A stretch of DNA of 20,000 nucleotides from an uncultured virus (IMG/VR IMGVR_UViG_3300035698_024761) (IMGVR_UViG_3300035698_024761), one strand, 5' to 3'; shown: positions 7,326 through 15,961, counted from the first letter of the stretch. Notes: generated by a model not told the origin, from the sequence alone. Numbers and translations are program-made.

Positions 7326-8177
7326 ATGAGTTTTAGCAGAATGCTAATACCCTTTCGCGTGCTGGCGTTGCCGCTATTGTTTGCAATCAACGCCTTTGGT
7401 CAGTCGCCCGAATGGATCGAGGTGCCGGCGCTTCGACAGGTTAGTACCCGCATTGGCACAGTCTTGGCTGATATCGATAGTCGACTGCCGGCAACAAGCA
7501 ACCAATACACGTTTAGCAGTAGCACCTATCGCGACGCGGATTTATCTTGCTGGGCGCACGAGGCGACCCATGGTGTCAACGCCCGCATTCGCAACCAGTA
7601 CGGCGACAGCACGGGCGTCGATAACGGATTCTATGTACTCCACGGACGAGGCGTACTTATTAGAGAACCCTGTCCGTTGACGTTTCCCGAGGTGTCCCGG
7701 CAAGTACCGCTAGCATTGCGTGCGCAAGGCTATCCGCTCTACATGGTGCAGCAGGCGCAGGTGTGGCGAGAGCATCCACTCAATATCGTGGATGAGTGGA
7801 CAGCCTACGTTAACGGCGCGTACGCAACGATGGAATACGAAGCGACTGGCCGTCCGCACCACGGATCCCACGATGTAGCTCGCGCGGTAGAAATGGGCAT
7901 CTATACGCTCGTGCTAGCCCGGCAGATTGCGATCGGCATCCACAAGCAAACGCTCGCTTATGACGATACACAGTTCCGCTTTTATACAGGCTGGCATTGG
8001 TGTCGTACTCGCGATCTGATGGCCAAATCCGCTAAGTATCCGCGTCTTCAGGGCGGGGATCCGATGGCGTTGCTTGACAAACTTCGTCTGTCGCGAGACG
8101 CTCAGACGGCGAATCTTCGGGATTGGTTGCGGGTGTACTTTGGGAAGGCGTGGTGCCAGGCGGTACTCGACTTTTGA
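7326..8177 (+). CDS. putative secreted zincin-like (HExxH) metallopeptidase
   Basis: AAAGGAG RBS before ATG 7326; signal-peptide-like N-terminus (RVLALPLLFAINAFG|QS); WAHEATHG motif and downstream DEW as a possible third ligand. Confidence 0.65.
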   Translation: MSFSRMLIPFRVLALPLLFAINAFGQSPEWIEVPALRQVSTRIGTVLADIDSRLPATSNQYTFSSSTYRDADLSCWAHEATHGVNARIRNQYGDSTGVDNGFYVLHGRGVLIREPCPLTFPEVSRQVPLALRAQGYPLYMVQQAQVWREHPLNIVDEWTAYVNGAYATMEYEATGRPHHGSHDVARAVEMGIYTLVLARQIAIGIHKQTLAYDDTQFRFYTGWHWCRTRDLMAKSAKYPRLQGGDPMALLDKLRLSRDAQTANLRDWLRVYFGKAWCQAVLDF

Positions 8178-8565
8178 CCCTGCCTGCTTCCACCAATTCA
8201 TCCCACGACGCCACTACATTCTCCGGCAACTTCGCGGGAAGAAGATCTTTGAGGGCATGCAAATCGCCAATAATCGCCAGATATACAGCAGGGATCGACT
8301 CGCCCACACGCCAAACGACTGCTAGAAATTCGGCCATTACAACGCCGATGGTGGTGAACACTGCCATAACATCGAAGAGTTCTATCGAGCGACTGACGCG
8401 TTCGCCATCAAGATATAAGAAATGGCCGTAGGTTTCAGGCTCGTTGGGCCGACTGGCCGCTGTCTCGTTGACTAGCTGTATTCGCTCAGGGCAAACTTTC
8501 GCCATCTTTTGGCAGATCTGTATCAAGCGACTCGAAACGCTTTCGTGCTTTGGTTCCTCAATCAT
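8032..8565 (-). CDS. hypothetical protein (about 177 aa), C-terminus overlaps the convergent gene
   Basis: AAAGGA RBS and ATG 8565 overlapping the upstream gene end. Confidence 0.6.
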   Translation of the reverse strand: MIEEPKHESVSSRLIQICQKMAKVCPERIQLVNETAASRPNEPETYGHFLYLDGERVSRSIELFDVMAVFTTIGVVMAEFLAVVWRVGESIPAVYLAIIGDLHALKDLLPAKLPENVVASWDELVEAGRVKSRVPPGTTPSQSTPATNPEDSPSERLATDEVCQATPSDPRPEDADT

Positions 8566-8884
8566 GCTGCTTTCCTTTGAGTTTACGAATCTTGAATACT
8601 GTAGGGCGAAGCTGCTTATAGAGTACCAGTCCCGCTTTACCGAAACGGCGCTCGACAGCTGCCAAGGGCAATTCTTTTGGCAGCGGCCTAACGACTTCCG
8701 CAATAAACTTCTTGTCGTCGAGCCCTTTGACATTGTCAGGCCAAAACGCGGTAAGATCTACTTTGAATAGTTCGCGGACTGCCGCATAGTGATGCATATG
8801 GGTCACGCCATGGAGCGTAATAGTTCGCTGCATTGTGCTGGACACATCCGACGAGTCGCGGCTAGCTCGCTGCTTTTTTGTCAT
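8558..8884 (-). CDS. hypothetical protein (108 aa)
   Basis: Overlaps both neighbours in an operon-like run. Confidence 0.65.
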   Translation of the reverse strand: MTKKQRASRDSSDVSSTMQRTITLHGVTHMHHYAAVRELFKVDLTAFWPDNVKGLDDKKFIAEVVRPLPKELPLAAVERRFGKAGLVLYKQLRPTVFKIRKLKGKQHD

Positions 8885-9851
8885 CTTTCTCGCGTAGGGG
8901 GTTATAGAACTCGGTGAAGCAGCAATGTTGCCGAAGATTTCGCGGTTTGGGTTTCCGCCGCGTAATTTCGAAGTCCATCCATTCGCACAGCTGCGCTGCG
9001 GCTTGCTTCCAACTTTTGCGCGTACGGACCAGCGTGCGCTTCCATTCTTGCTTGAATGTCTGAAACGCGGCTAGTTGGCGATGGGCATTCAATCCATATA
9101 CCATATTAAAAATCTGCACTGTTTGTTTTAGCACGTATGCAGCGTTCTGACGACTACTGTAATAGCTTGAATGGTTGGACATCCACGTACCAATATTATC
9201 GAGCTCAAGCTCACTCGCAAACTTATAGGTAAGGCAAGCGACAGTCGGCGCAGTGACAAAAAGGTCTTGCGGCCTCTGTAGCTCGCGACGGCGTGCAAAC
9301 GCGCGTGCTTTCTTGGGATTGTAAACGATCTCGTTTGCATCGCTGAGGTGACAACCGGCGGCATATAACCGCTTTCGTTCCGTTCCGTTGTAGCTCGCGT
9401 AAAAAAATGATTTGGTCAACTTATTGCATATAATACGCCCATGCGATTTAGCCAACGAAATCGCCTCTTCAATATCGTCGCCGAAATACATCGGATGATC
9501 CCACACGCGTAACGTATCTTCCTTGCCGGCCGGCCCGCCATCATGCGCATAATTAGGCGAGGTAGATCCGTACGCCGCATAGGTGTAAGTAGTGCCGAAA
9601 ACCGTAACGCGAGGCAAGTCGCGATGCGGTGATGGAAATCGCTTATGTAGCGCCGCGACGGCGTCCTGGCGAGTTTTCGCCAGGACGCACTCGGATCGCG
9701 GCGCTGCCATCAATTTGTCAAGATTTGTGCACGCATCCCAAAACGAAGGCTCTTCGCTGCGTTGGATAAATCCTAGAACCTCCGGCCACTGAGTGGCTGC
9801 GGGTACGCGCGTTTCCTTCGTTTGTGATGGCACTGTGACGATCGCAGGCAT
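8862..9851 (-). CDS. hypothetical protein (329 aa)
   Basis: Long ORF starting 2 nt after the upstream stop; no family recognised. Confidence 0.8.
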   Translation of the reverse strand: MPAIVTVPSQTKETRVPAATQWPEVLGFIQRSEEPSFWDACTNLDKLMAAPRSECVLAKTRQDAVAALHKRFPSPHRDLPRVTVFGTTYTYAAYGSTSPNYAHDGGPAGKEDTLRVWDHPMYFGDDIEEAISLAKSHGRIICNKLTKSFFYASYNGTERKRLYAAGCHLSDANEIVYNPKKARAFARRRELQRPQDLFVTAPTVACLTYKFASELELDNIGTWMSNHSSYYSSRQNAAYVLKQTVQIFNMVYGLNAHRQLAAFQTFKQEWKRTLVRTRKSWKQAAAQLCEWMDFEITRRKPKPRNLRQHCCFTEFYNPLREKDDKKAAS

Positions 9852-9852
9852 C

Positions 9853-10539
9853 TTAGCCTACCGAAAGCCTTTTCATGTCCTCAACGACATTGTCGTTGAG
9901 CATTGAGAGCACCTGACGACCGGTTTCCGTGGCGTTCAAGCGAGCTGCAGCCAGTCGTCCTTTCGCCTTTCGCTCATAGCTATCCAGATTGTCCAACTTG
10001 TGTCGCCAGTCGTACTGCGCGTCGCGAGCTGTGGCGACTTGTGCTTCGAGGGCGTGACGTTTTGTCTGCAATTTTACGGTGGGGGCGGCGGCGTCGCAGC
10101 TGAAATGGATAGCCGCTTCGGGATTATCGCGGTGACTTTTTACGGCTACAAGCACTTTTCCGTTTATTTTGATCGTCGATCCGCTTATAAACGTAGTGGC
10201 CTGGATCTTTGTGATCGGGTCGTATTTCAGCGACTTAAACGCGGCGTTGAGTTGCTTTGCGGCTGTCGCGGCGAACCTCTGCGCGGTTTCATTGCATTGC
10301 AGCTGTATCTGCGAGGCGATCGCATCGATTTCTTTGCCTAGTCGGTGCTGCTCGCTACGGAAGTTGTTAATCTGCTCTTGGCAGACGTCTTCGGCGCGAG
10401 ACATGGCCAGGGCCAGTACATCGTCTTTGTCCAATTCGGAATGCAACGGAAACTCGTCGCCTTGTAACACTGGAATACCTTTGATCGGTGCGATATGCGT
10501 GGTCGGTGCCTTGCTATTCGCGCGTGTGTGCTTCGCCAT
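9853..10539 (-). CDS. coiled-coil-rich hypothetical protein (228 aa)
   Basis: AGGAG RBS; two heptad-rich helices flank a beta-rich centre. Confidence 0.8.
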   Translation of the reverse strand: MAKHTRANSKAPTTHIAPIKGIPVLQGDEFPLHSELDKDDVLALAMSRAEDVCQEQINNFRSEQHRLGKEIDAIASQIQLQCNETAQRFAATAAKQLNAAFKSLKYDPITKIQATTFISGSTIKINGKVLVAVKSHRDNPEAAIHFSCDAAAPTVKLQTKRHALEAQVATARDAQYDWRHKLDNLDSYERKAKGRLAAARLNATETGRQVLSMLNDNVVEDMKRLSVG

Positions 10540-10553
10540 TTCGGCATCTCCTG

Positions 10554-10850
10554 TTAACGTGGATTCCTTTTGCTCAAAAACTCTTCCCAGCGGGCGACGT
10601 CAGAAACCATATCTAACGGATTCATCCCGGATACGATTGCGCGACGGCCCATTACAACTATTTCGGTCTCGCCATTATTTCTGATTGCCCGATCAGAGAC
10701 CACAACATACTCACTAGCATGCGGACCGGGCGCGAAACGATAGTAAACGAGTAGCCCTCGCTTTATCTTTATGCCATCAAACGTAATAACGGCGTCTGTT
10801 GGTAGCTTTACTAGCTCCACTACAGGGCAGCGGGCAATGCTGGCACTCAT
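10554..10850 (-). CDS. hypothetical protein (about 98 aa)
   Basis: GGAG RBS before ATG 10850 (MSASIAR...) within track ORF 10554..10877. Confidence 0.65.
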   Translation of the reverse strand: MSASIARCPVVELVKLPTDAVITFDGIKIKRGLLVYYRFAPGPHASEYVVVSDRAIRNNGETEIVVMGRRAIVSGMNPLDMVSDVARWEEFLSKRNPR

Positions 10851-10997
10851 GGCGTTATCTCCATGCGGGTTATCCAATTTGGTTTTTACAGCACCAGCGG
10901 GATTTGGTAAACTGAGGAATGCTCCAAAACACCTGCTCGCGCAGAAGATTTACCAAGGCGTGAAACTTCACCGAGCATTGAAAGCGAGGCAACTCAA

Positions 10998-11495
10998 ATG
11001 GCCATGGATAGGCGATCCAGGAAACGTAAGGCTCTCGATGAGCTTGACCAACTATCATAATATGCACACCTATCAGAAGATGAGAAACTTTCCAAGATTC
11101 GTGAGCTCGAACGTAAGCTCGCGACAGCCGAGGTCGAACAAAAGGCGTTGGCCGAAAAGCACAAGCAGGCTGAGGGCCAACGGAGGCCGCCATCTACGCT
11201 CAGAATCACCTCTATACCGGAATAGAGCGGCTAATAAAGGCGGCGAATGTCTCCAATATACTGTTTACCGCTAATCACGGCAACCACGGACGTGCTACAC
11301 AACGAAAACGAATCAGCACGGGTTGGAAGACATCTTGGGAGTGGATGACCTGCAACAATATCGCGCTACGCTACTCCGATAATCCAAAAGTGCAATGCAA
11401 GCTAGCCAAAGGTTACATTAACCTTGTAAACATTCAAGGACATCCCGCGCGCTTTCATCACGGGGATGCCATGCGTTTCCAGGGCGGCGTAGGTT
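10998..11495 (+). pseudogene. decayed calcineurin-like metallophosphoesterase gene with N-terminal coiled coil
   Basis: ATG 10998 gives MAMDRRSRKRKALDELDQLS*YAHLSEDEKLSKIRELERKLA... with in-frame TAA at 11058. A different frame from 11174 gives GPTEAAIYAQNHLYTGIERL...NHGNHGR...SWEW...RFHHGDAMRFQGGVG. GNH and HGD motifs are present; DxH, GD and the C-terminal GHxH motifs are missing. Confidence 0.7.
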
Positions 11496-11904
11496 GCATG
11501 CGGCAACCGGCTGTCGATAGAATTGTAGCAGTACATCGGCGGGTTTCATGCCAGTAGCGGCTATCGATAGAACAGTGGCAGATCTCTCGCGGGTTTCACA
11601 AGTTGCTTGGCCGTATAGGAGGCAGCATATTCAATTCGGGTTTCAAATCAATCACAGCTGCCGTTAAATGTCATGGCAAAACGAGGTCAGGTTCCATTGC
11701 GGCATCGGCCATATAAAGGATAGCAGTTTAGGAACGGGTTACACGCAACGCTTGAAAGCAACGCAACGCACGTTTGGGATGCATGGCCGACACGGCGCTA
11801 TGTAGATTAAAGGGCAAAACTCAGCTGGAATGCATTCATTGTTTGGCCTTTATGGTATTATAAAAGTAGGCAATTGCCATCTAGATTTCATTGTACGTCT
11901 GGCC
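11477..11904 (-). ncRNA. TIGR-like dual-spacer array, cluster E (8 clear units plus a junction unit) with variable edge repeats
   Basis: Loop repeats at 11491, 11541, 11591, 11638, 11689, 11736, 11776, 11827 and 11883, nearly all in (A/G)GCA-N10-loop8-N10-(G/A)GCN context. Confidence 0.8.
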
Positions 11905-12024
11905 TACTCAAACAGGAGAATCGTATGAGACTATTCCTTGCCAATATAGTGAATCCGTGACGAGCCGGCGGCAATGCGTCGCTAGCAGTACAATCACAGT
12001 ATTGTGAAATAATGGAGCAAAGTT

Positions 12025-12528
12025 ATGGCGCGTAACAAGTTGCCGACACTTGCAATTTGTGGGCATGGTCGCTGCGGTAAAGATACGGTGTCCGTATGGT
12101 TGGCAGAGCATACACGACTGCGATACTCTAAAAGCACTAGCGAGGCCAGCGCTATGCTATGCTATGAGCAGCTAAAGGACAAATATGGCTACGCAAACGT
12201 GCAAGACGCCTTTGCCGATCGACATAACCATCGCAGAGAATGGGCTAAATGCATCTGGCAATACAATCAACCGGACGGGCTCACTCTCTACCGCGACATG
12301 GCTGACAGCACGGACATATTCAACGGTACGCGCAGGGCGGCCGAGTTGACTGCATGCATAGCCGCGGGTATTGTTGATTTGAGTATTTGGATCGACAGAT
12401 ACGTGCCCATAGACCCATCGTGCGAGCTTGCGATGCAAGATTGCGATATCGTGATCCAGAACCATACGACGCTTCCGGCGCTATATGTGAAGCTTGCGAA
12501 TTTCTCGCGAGCACTAAACAGATTTTAG
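12025..12528 (+). CDS. deoxynucleoside monophosphate kinase-like P-loop protein
   Basis: N-terminal Walker A LAICGHGRCGKDT, GxR..E motif, IWIDR and C-terminal DIVIQN typical of phage dNMP-kinase-like proteins; GGAG RBS. Confidence 0.75.
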   Translation: MARNKLPTLAICGHGRCGKDTVSVWLAEHTRLRYSKSTSEASAMLCYEQLKDKYGYANVQDAFADRHNHRREWAKCIWQYNQPDGLTLYRDMADSTDIFNGTRRAAELTACIAAGIVDLSIWIDRYVPIDPSCELAMQDCDIVIQNHTTLPALYVKLANFSRALNRF

Positions 12529-12579
12529 AATAAGCGAGTACGGAATGCTTCCGTACGCAACTGAAGCGGAGAAATAACA

Positions 12580-12750
12580 GTGACCAAACGTATTATCAAA
12601 CAGAATCCTTTTGCGGCTTTAGCTGCTGCCCGTCGGAGTATCTCTCCACGCAAGCTTCGCGGAGAAAAACTCAAACTGTGGGCACAACTAATCAAGCGAA
12701 TCGCCGCCGGTGAATACGACGGTATCGGCCTAGAGGAGCTGCACGAATGA
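12580..12750 (+). CDS. small basic protein (56 aa); frame stays open past TGA to 12843, possibly truncated
   Basis: GGAGAAATAACA-GTG start; MTKRIIKQNPFAALAAARRS...GLEELHE*CTEHLGLTC... Confidence 0.5.
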   Translation: MTKRIIKQNPFAALAAARRSISPRKLRGEKLKLWAQLIKRIAAGEYDGIGLEELHE

Positions 12751-12839
12751 TGCACTGAGCATTTGGGACTCACTTGCACGTCCGCGTGTACCGGCTTACA
12801 TATCCGTCGGGCAATCGCCGCCCTGAAAACGACTAACCG

Positions 12840-13277
12840 TTAGCCGAATTGCAACGTATTTACGAGAGCCTTAAGTCGTTCTCCGGTCAGCTCACTAGTC
12901 TCAAACATACCGTTGCCGTGCTTAGGGTGCCCTTGCCAATATATCGAATCATCAGAAATGACAACGGTAAGCGCCGCTACGGGCAATGGATCTTCCGCCA
13001 AATAGGCGTCATCAGCTAATTCTCGAAATTCACCACGTTCAATTTCGTCGAGATCTTCGCCGATCAATTCAATCTCGCGAAAGTATTCCGCATTATTGTC
13101 GAAGAATGACAAGGCATAGAACACGCTAGTAGTCAGCGCGTGCTGTGCCGCTGTTATATCTTTGGCTTTCTGCATCATACGCAACAACCATTTTACATAG
13201 TCCAGATCGATATCAATGATGGCGAAATTATAATCGCTTACAGTGTCATCGCCGGAGCATGTACAACCTAATCGCAT
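12840..13277 (-). CDS. acidic hypothetical protein (145 aa)
   Basis: AAGGTGAG RBS and ATG 13277 within track ORF 12840..13391. Confidence 0.75.
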   Translation of the reverse strand: MRLGCTCSGDDTVSDYNFAIIDIDLDYVKWLLRMMQKAKDITAAQHALTTSVFYALSFFDNNAEYFREIELIGEDLDEIERGEFRELADDAYLAEDPLPVAALTVVISDDSIYWQGHPKHGNGMFETSELTGERLKALVNTLQFG

Positions 13278-13579
13278 GATCTCACCTTTGGCCGCCAGCA
13301 AGGCAACTCTGATAACGGTTTGATTTGAATAACGGAAGCACTGTCCCATACAAAATGGTCCAGCAACCATAAACTTCCAAAGGAACGACAATCATCTTCG
13401 TCGAATACGACCATAGGATAGTCGAAATCATTTTCGACAGCCCAATGCCGTGCAGTGTTGTAATGCCGTCCGTCATCTACATGTTTTTGGGTGGCTTGCA
13501 CTTTAACGAATGCGAAGTCGGGGTCGCCGTTCTGGTTGTGGCATGCGATCACAATTTTAATGGCTCGCATTTTGGCCAT
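13268..13579 (-). CDS. hypothetical phage protein (103 aa; AC...GDPDF...GRHY...FDEDD)
   Basis: AAGGAGG RBS before ATG 13579. Confidence 0.8.
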   Translation of the reverse strand: MAKMRAIKIVIACHNQNGDPDFAFVKVQATQKHVDDGRHYNTARHWAVENDFDYPMVVFDEDDCRSFGSLWLLDHFVWDSASVIQIKPLSELPCWRPKVRSCD

Positions 13580-13618
13580 CGTTATCCTCCTTCTTTGCAT
13601 CTTTCTGTTCGCGAATGA

Positions 13619-14071
13619 TCAAATCTCGCTGTCCGCGGTCAGAGCGCGCTCAATCAACTTAAGCTTTTCTAGTAGCTTCGCGATTTTGCTGTCGCGTTCG
13701 CATAGCTCGCAGTTACAGGCGGCACCGTCGCTAAGCATGCAACAGCCGTCTCGAGCCCGTAAAGCGTTTTTTAGCTGCACGATCTCTGCGTCCTGTTCGC
13801 GAATGGCCTTATCTCGTCGGTCGCGACCCGCGTCTGTAGCCGTACGAAGTCGGCGCAGTTCCGCGACCTCAGCCGATAAAGCCATAGCGGTATTGTAGGC
13901 CCTACAGAATTCCTCATCGTCGTACCAATCACAATGTGGCCATCGATCGCTCGTAACGAGTTTTGCCTGCCGATCGTCAAACGCTTTACGGTCCTGCATC
14001 GCCAAGCTTAGTGGCTCTTGACACTTTTCTATGCGATTTGCGACTTCAGGTTGACTTACTTTAATTGGCAT
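13619..14071 (-). CDS. hypothetical coiled-coil protein with Cys cluster (150 aa)
   Basis: Overlaps the upstream gene end; heptad-rich. Confidence 0.7.
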   Translation of the reverse strand: MPIKVSQPEVANRIEKCQEPLSLAMQDRKAFDDRQAKLVTSDRWPHCDWYDDEEFCRAYNTAMALSAEVAELRRLRTATDAGRDRRDKAIREQDAEIVQLKNALRARDGCCMLSDGAACNCELCERDSKIAKLLEKLKLIERALTADSEI

Positions 14072-14534
14072 CGGCTTCTTTCAATTGCTTATCGTTTTCT
14101 GCTGTCGTGCTGGTTACGTATGTCTCAACGGCCTCGTACAGCATGCGATCTTTTAGCTCGTCAGACTGGCATGACTCGAACCAAGCTACGGCCTTGTCCG
14201 CGACTGCCTTTAGTTTGGCGACATTGGCTCTGCCAACTTGGCTCCATCCCAACCAATCAAGGTGGCCCTTCAGGCGAGCAACGCGCTCTTTCAGCAGCGA
14301 AATCATCGACTGATGCTCCGAATTTTTCCGTTCGCTTTGCAACAATTGCCCTTTAAGCTGCTCGTAGTTAAGTAGCCGCTCGTCAGGGGTTTTATAACGG
14401 GCGTTCTCTTCCTGTAGTAGGACAATCGCGGCCGCCATGGTAACGCGATCCCTCTCGGAGATTTCCAATATTTCAGGTCTATACTCCGCCCAAAAAGACG
14501 CTCGTTTCAGCGCTGCGTCTAATTGTTCACTCAC
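14061..14534 (-). CDS. hypothetical coiled-coil protein (157 aa)
   Basis: GTG start in an operon-like run. Confidence 0.7.
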   Translation of the reverse strand: MSEQLDAALKRASFWAEYRPEILEISERDRVTMAAAIVLLQEENARYKTPDERLLNYEQLKGQLLQSERKNSEHQSMISLLKERVARLKGHLDWLGWSQVGRANVAKLKAVADKAVAWFESCQSDELKDRMLYEAVETYVTSTTAENDKQLKEADAN

Positions 14535-14566
14535 TTTTATCCCCTATCGCATTTGTGGCGCTGGTT

Positions 14567-15289
14567 TTATTCGTCATCCGAATCAAATGGATTGTCCGTC
14601 AACGCGTCAAGCGTCTTCCACGCCTTACAGGTTGGACATTCCGGCATATATTCTGGGCATCGCTCCCCGAAGAACATCGTCAACAATCGCTCGCCCGCAT
14701 CGCGCGTGTGTGCGGCCATCCTAGCAAATTTATCGTAGTCGCTTATCTGCCCGCGCGTACAAAGGTCATCCGCGTCTGCGACTATAGGTTTTTGGTCAAT
14801 CTGCTTGGAAAGGTCTGTAAGGACATCTTGGTCAGAAAGTCTTGCATCCATTTCATCACAGGTCTCAGGATTGCAGTGCAACCCGGCCACTATAGTGAGA
14901 TAGAATTCACACCAAAAATCCCGCACATGTATGTCGGGGTGCTTGTAGCAAATGATCTCCGCCGCGTGCATTAAGTGCATCAAGAAATGATGTGGATAAG
15001 CGTCCGGATCATCCACCACAGTAGACATTGCCACCCGAGTTGATCCATCTCTTTCCCCCAAAAACGTCCGCTTAGGATTATTAGGCCTAGCCGACCGCAT
15101 AAACGCGGCCCGCAACGCACGAGTCAAGATCTTGGACGGATCATTCTTACTAAAACCATCCACACCCCGCACCGCCGTTAGCAACACTGACTGCTGCATC
15201 ATTGGAATGTGCTGGGTCCATGCCTGGAGAACTGATCTCCATACGTGTGGATGGGCAAATGCACCGCTCTCAATCGCATCCGGTCTCAT
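14567..15289 (-). CDS. hypothetical phage protein (240 aa; SVLQAW...QQSVLLTAVRG.D...PHHFLMHLMHAAEI...LH.NPE)
   Basis: GGGAG RBS, ATGA overlap, His-rich helical motif; function unknown. Confidence 0.8.
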   Translation of the reverse strand: MRPDAIESGAFAHPHVWRSVLQAWTQHIPMMQQSVLLTAVRGVDGFSKNDPSKILTRALRAAFMRSARPNNPKRTFLGERDGSTRVAMSTVVDDPDAYPHHFLMHLMHAAEIICYKHPDIHVRDFWCEFYLTIVAGLHCNPETCDEMDARLSDQDVLTDLSKQIDQKPIVADADDLCTRGQISDYDKFARMAAHTRDAGERLLTMFFGERCPEYMPECPTCKAWKTLDALTDNPFDSDDE

Positions 15290-15480
15290 GATTTCTCCCT
15301 TGCTGCTTCGGCGGCTGCCATGGATTGCCGATCAATTATCCATCTCAGGTTCGAACCCGCTTTAGGATCGAGTTCCGTGTGACCTCGTAAGATGCCTTTT
15401 TTGATCAATTTTCGTACCCTATCCTTGGAACATCCCAAACGCCTTGCGGCCTGCTTGATTGTAATGCCATACTCAGTCAT
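15286..15480 (-). CDS. excisionase/MerR-like helix-turn-helix DNA-binding protein (64 aa)
   Basis: ITIKQAARRLGCSKDRVRKLIKKGILRG...WII fits the HTH_17 pattern; TGATG coupling. Confidence 0.8.
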   Translation of the reverse strand: MTEYGITIKQAARRLGCSKDRVRKLIKKGILRGHTELDPKAGSNLRWIIDRQSMAAAEAAREKS

Positions 15481-15698
15481 CACCCGCCCCAATGCCGCCA
15501 CTTTTCAGGTTTGGCTATCGGCTTTGCTTTTTCGTTTAGCACATCAACAACCCACTGAATGATTCGTGTGTCTTTCTCGGTAACTTCTTCCTCAACACAT
15601 CGTTGAAAAACGATACTGCCAGTTGCGTCGCAAATATCAAGTGCATTGGTGCATGTTTGTTCAATTTTCAGCGGGAAAGACAATCCTTCTATCATCAT
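15480..15698 (-). CDS. small hypothetical protein (72 aa)
   Basis: ATGA overlap with the upstream ORF. Confidence 0.6.
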   Translation of the reverse strand: MMIEGLSFPLKIEQTCTNALDICDATGSIVFQRCVEEEVTEKDTRIIQWVVDVLNEKAKPIAKPEKWRHWGG

Positions 15699-15961
15699 CG
15701 TATTGTTTTCCCATTGTCCCGCTCCTCGCGTTTGGCTATGCGATCCATTGTTTCCTTCGCGCGTTGCTGCCAACCGGCCGGCACCACCAGTCGTTTCTCG
15801 GCCATTACCGCCGGCGAGGTGTCGAAGTCATCGATAACCCATCGCAGCGCGTGATAAGCCTCATAACACTCTTGCCGAAGTTGCGCCGCCCGCGTTTCAT
15901 CCTTAGCGAGCCGCCGCAGTCGGTATATTTGTTTCTGGATTGTTGATTTAGCCTTCATCAC
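15695..15961 (-). CDS. hypothetical protein (88 aa)
   Basis: GGGAG upstream; coupled to the downstream ORF. Confidence 0.65.
   Translation of the reverse strand: MMKAKSTIQKQIYRLRRLAKDETRAAQLRQECYEAYHALRWVIDDFDTSPAVMAEKRLVVPAGWQQRAKETMDRIAKREERDNGKTIR

Noticed and set aside
9853..10539. 228-aa coiled-coil protein as a TasA candidate
   Set aside because: It has coiled coils but no Nop/IS110-like motif that I can recognise; a structure search is needed.
10771..11274. Track ORFs 10771..11274 (+), 10870..11193 (-) and 10994..11209 (-)
   Set aside because: They have atypical composition and no good RBS; the region is better explained by the plus-strand pseudogene.
11396..11431. Extra array-like unit TGCA-N10-AGGTTACA-N10
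   Set aside because: It lies inside the phosphoesterase remnant (KLAKGYINL) and lacks the GGCC end, so it is probably coincidental.
11849..11885. Sigma70 promoter (TATAAT on the minus strand at 11857-11862)
   Set aside because: There is no convincing -35 element at the right spacing and it lies inside an array linker, so it is not supportable from sequence alone.
11925..12843. TGA recoding (alternative genetic code)
   Set aside because: Many genes in the window end in TGA with ATGA, GTGA or TGATG coupling to the next gene, so TGA is a normal stop here.
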